Shown in pieces: positions 61,990-64,000 of a stretch of 64,000 nt of DNA. The position numbers and the translations under genes were made by a program. Source of the stretch: Candidatus Tectimicrobiota bacterium (lineage in GTDB: Bacteria; JACPUC01); contig JACPUC010000006.1 in assembly GCA_016192455.1 (NCBI GenBank), positions 248,001 through 312,000 on the forward strand. The letters are read 5' to 3'. Under the pieces are notes generated by a model. That model ran no database searches, was not told where the DNA came from, and was given only the letters and a program-made list of their open reading frames with translations. Position 1 is the stretch's first letter; every line of letters starts with the position of its first letter.

Positions 61990-62485
61990 GAAGGACACTG
62001 GCCGCGCGAACGTCAGCCTCACCATTACGTGAAATCAACCACTTCGAGGTTCTCTTTGCTAAAGGATGAGGTAAATGAATCGCTTTGACCGGGCGGCGGC
62101 TGGGAGAGTTTCGGAAGGGGAGGGCAGCGGCGCGGGGTGCGCGGGCTTCAGAAGGGTCTGCACGGCCATCGCCTCCGCACTCAACCTTGCAGCCCCCTGC
62201 GACTGGATGACTGCCGAGTACGCGGCGCCTGCCTCCCTCCCAAGCCCTTGCACTCCATCGCTTTGCCGTGCCACGCGGGCGCCGCGCGCCTAGTGTGCTG
62301 TTTCACACATTCTATCGCAAGAATTTGCGAGGGAGCCTCGCCCCCTCGCGCACCCCGACTACGCGAGCTGCTGCGCAGCTCGCGGGGATTGGGGTGTGGG
62401 GAAGCAAAGGTCTTCCACAAAAACTCCCCCACCACATGGCCCGAAGAAGGCGTCCGATTAAGGATGGAATTTGTGTGACGCAACA

Positions 62486-62689
62486 CTAGACAGTCAGGCG
62501 CACCTTTACGGCCCGGAGACCTTTCGGCCCCTGCTCAAGCTCAAATTCTACGCGCTCCCCCTCTTCCAACTCGTCTATGGTGATGTACTGTAAGGCGCTG
62601 CGGTGAAAGAAGAGGTCATCGCTGCCGAAACGAGCGATGAACCCGTACCCTTTGTCTCGAATCAGTTTCTTCACCGTCCCTATTTCCAT
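62486..62689 (-). CDS. Cold-shock domain protein
   Basis: GTVK, KGYGFI (RNP1), LFFH (RNP2), L.EG..VEF, GPKG..A. Confidence 0.93.
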   Translation of the reverse strand: MEIGTVKKLIRDKGYGFIARFGSDDLFFHRSALQYITIDELEEGERVEFELEQGPKGLRAVKVRLTV

Positions 62690-62941
62690 GCGCAACCTTT
62701 CTCATCCCCTGAGCGCTCCCTCCGCCGAGGGCGAACCATGGCGGTAAAACCCATCTCTGGAAACCCAATGCCGGGGGACCCAGGGGCATGGAGCTTATCC
62801 TTCTGGCCGCGCCGATCATTCACCACCAGCACGCGCGGCTTCTCCCCGCTGAAGAATCGTCGAACTGCTTCGTTCTCGTGTCTTTGTAGCTTAGAAGGGG
62901 GGCCTTTGCAACTGCTTAGCGCGGGGCGGGCGCCGGGAAGG

Positions 62942-63112
62942 TCAGAAGACGAGAATCATGGTGAGAATGCCCGCCACCACGAGGGCGAGCGAGGCGATGA
63001 ACATGAGCTGAGACGCCGCCAGGCTGCTGCCCCCGATGCCGACGATCATGGCCACCAGGCAGGCGGCAAGGAGACATGCCTTGCGCAACGAGAATGGATG
63101 CTGCCCCGCCAT
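62942..63112 (-). CDS. Small two-helix membrane protein (56 aa)
   Basis: GGAGG/GAGG upstream of MAGQHPF; two hydrophobic helices. Confidence 0.55.
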   Translation of the reverse strand: MAGQHPFSLRKACLLAACLVAMIVGIGGSSLAASQLMFIASLALVVAGILTMILVF

Positions 63113-63266
63113 AGCCGCCTCGCCTCCGCGCCTGGGACGGACGCGCACATCGGCGGCCCGGAAGGCAACGCTCAAGGGTCGCCGCTCCACAGGGCCGCAC
63201 GAGGAGTGGCCGAGCACGCCGCCCCCGCAGACGAATAATGCGGAGCCCGCCATGGCCGCGGGGACG

Positions 63267-63629
63267 TCACCGCGCTGCGGTGCGCTCGATTTCCACCCCC
63301 ACCAGCCCCACGCCTTGGTCGGTGAGGGCTTTTGGTTTGATGACGCGCACGCGCACGCGTTCCAGGGGAAAACGTTGCAGGAGGACGCCTGCAAGGTGCT
63401 CGGCCACCGCCTCGATGAGCTTGAACTCCCGTTCCCCAACGGCGCCCTGCAGGACGCGGCTCACCTCGCGGTAATCGAGGATCTTCTGTGGATCATCCAG
63501 GGCCGCCACGGACCTCCAGGTGTAGAAGAGGTCGAGGTCCACCAGAAGCGCTTGACGGCGCTGCCGTTCCGCGGCCGTCACGCCGACGGCGCAGCGCAGC
63601 ACGATCTCTTGAAGGAACAAGCGATCCAT
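63267..63629 (-). CDS. folB: Dihydroneopterin aldolase
   Basis: MDRLFL, GV..AER..Q.L.VDL, LDY, FKLIEAVAE, KP..VGVEIER. Confidence 0.92.
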   Translation of the reverse strand: MDRLFLQEIVLRCAVGVTAAERQRRQALLVDLDLFYTWRSVAALDDPQKILDYREVSRVLQGAVGEREFKLIEAVAEHLAGVLLQRFPLERVRVRVIKPKALTDQGVGLVGVEIERTAAR

Positions 63630-64000
63630 AACGCTTGCAGAGGGTTTCGTCAGGGGGATGATTGCGGAGTGCGCCGACGGAAGCACGCCTGCTCGCGCCC
63701 CGCGGGCCTGGCTGGCCTCTTTCTAGCAGAGCCGGAGCCGCGAAGTCAATGCGCCGCCGCATCGCGCCGAGCAGGATTGACGAGGTTCGCGGCACCTGCC
63801 AAACTCAGCGCCGAGCTGGGAGATGCCGGCGCGGTTCTTCGCGCTGGCGCGCCGGATGGGGCCCGGTCCGCTCTCCGAGATCGCACCCGCGGGGAACCAC
63901 CCTCAGAGCCTGGCAGGGAACAGCCGCGGCGCCTGCGCTGATTCGGTCCCAGCGCTCTAGCGGCCCCTCCTCCCTGCCGGGAGGCGAAGCGTCCCCGCCA

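Noticed and set aside
63630-64000. ZTP/THF riboswitch or other ncRNA upstream of folB
   Set aside because: The conserved cores of these riboswitches were not found; only generic GC-rich hairpins.

Overview
High-GC bacterial chromosomal window; visible sigma54/sigma28 signals, hydantoinases and orphan NMT1-type binding proteins suggest an uncultured Gram-negative lineage (inference only). Most genes are housekeeping or metabolic: pepA, a GAF-GAF sigma54 activator, nicotinate phosphoribosyltransferase, an orphan DnaE2-like polymerase, glycerate kinase, citrate synthase, MscS, a Ni/Co transporter, hydantoinase A/B, thiI plus rhodanese, iorAB with a single-chain Mo hydroxylase, a sirtuin, RidA, a cold-shock protein and folB. 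Accessory highlights: (1) a sigma28 promoter, c-di-GMP-I riboswitch, terminator and 81-aa orphan ORF in one module; (2) a 2543-aa secreted protein with 24 Ig-like repeats and two C-terminal 'MAG...WP' domains, whose domain recurs about 35 kb away at the end of a decayed YWTD-propeller gene, making it a candidate lineage-specific C-terminal anchoring/sorting domain; (3) a decayed ~5.3-kb island in tRNA-Pro(GGG), with a duplicated tRNA 3' end and a dead tyrosine integrase, carrying a 1418-aa secreted protein; (4) a Pro/Gly/Gln repeat secreted protein; (5) REP-like and short periodic palindromic repeats. No CRISPR array, rRNA or intact transposase was seen. All assignments come from reading motifs by eye; no database searches were run.
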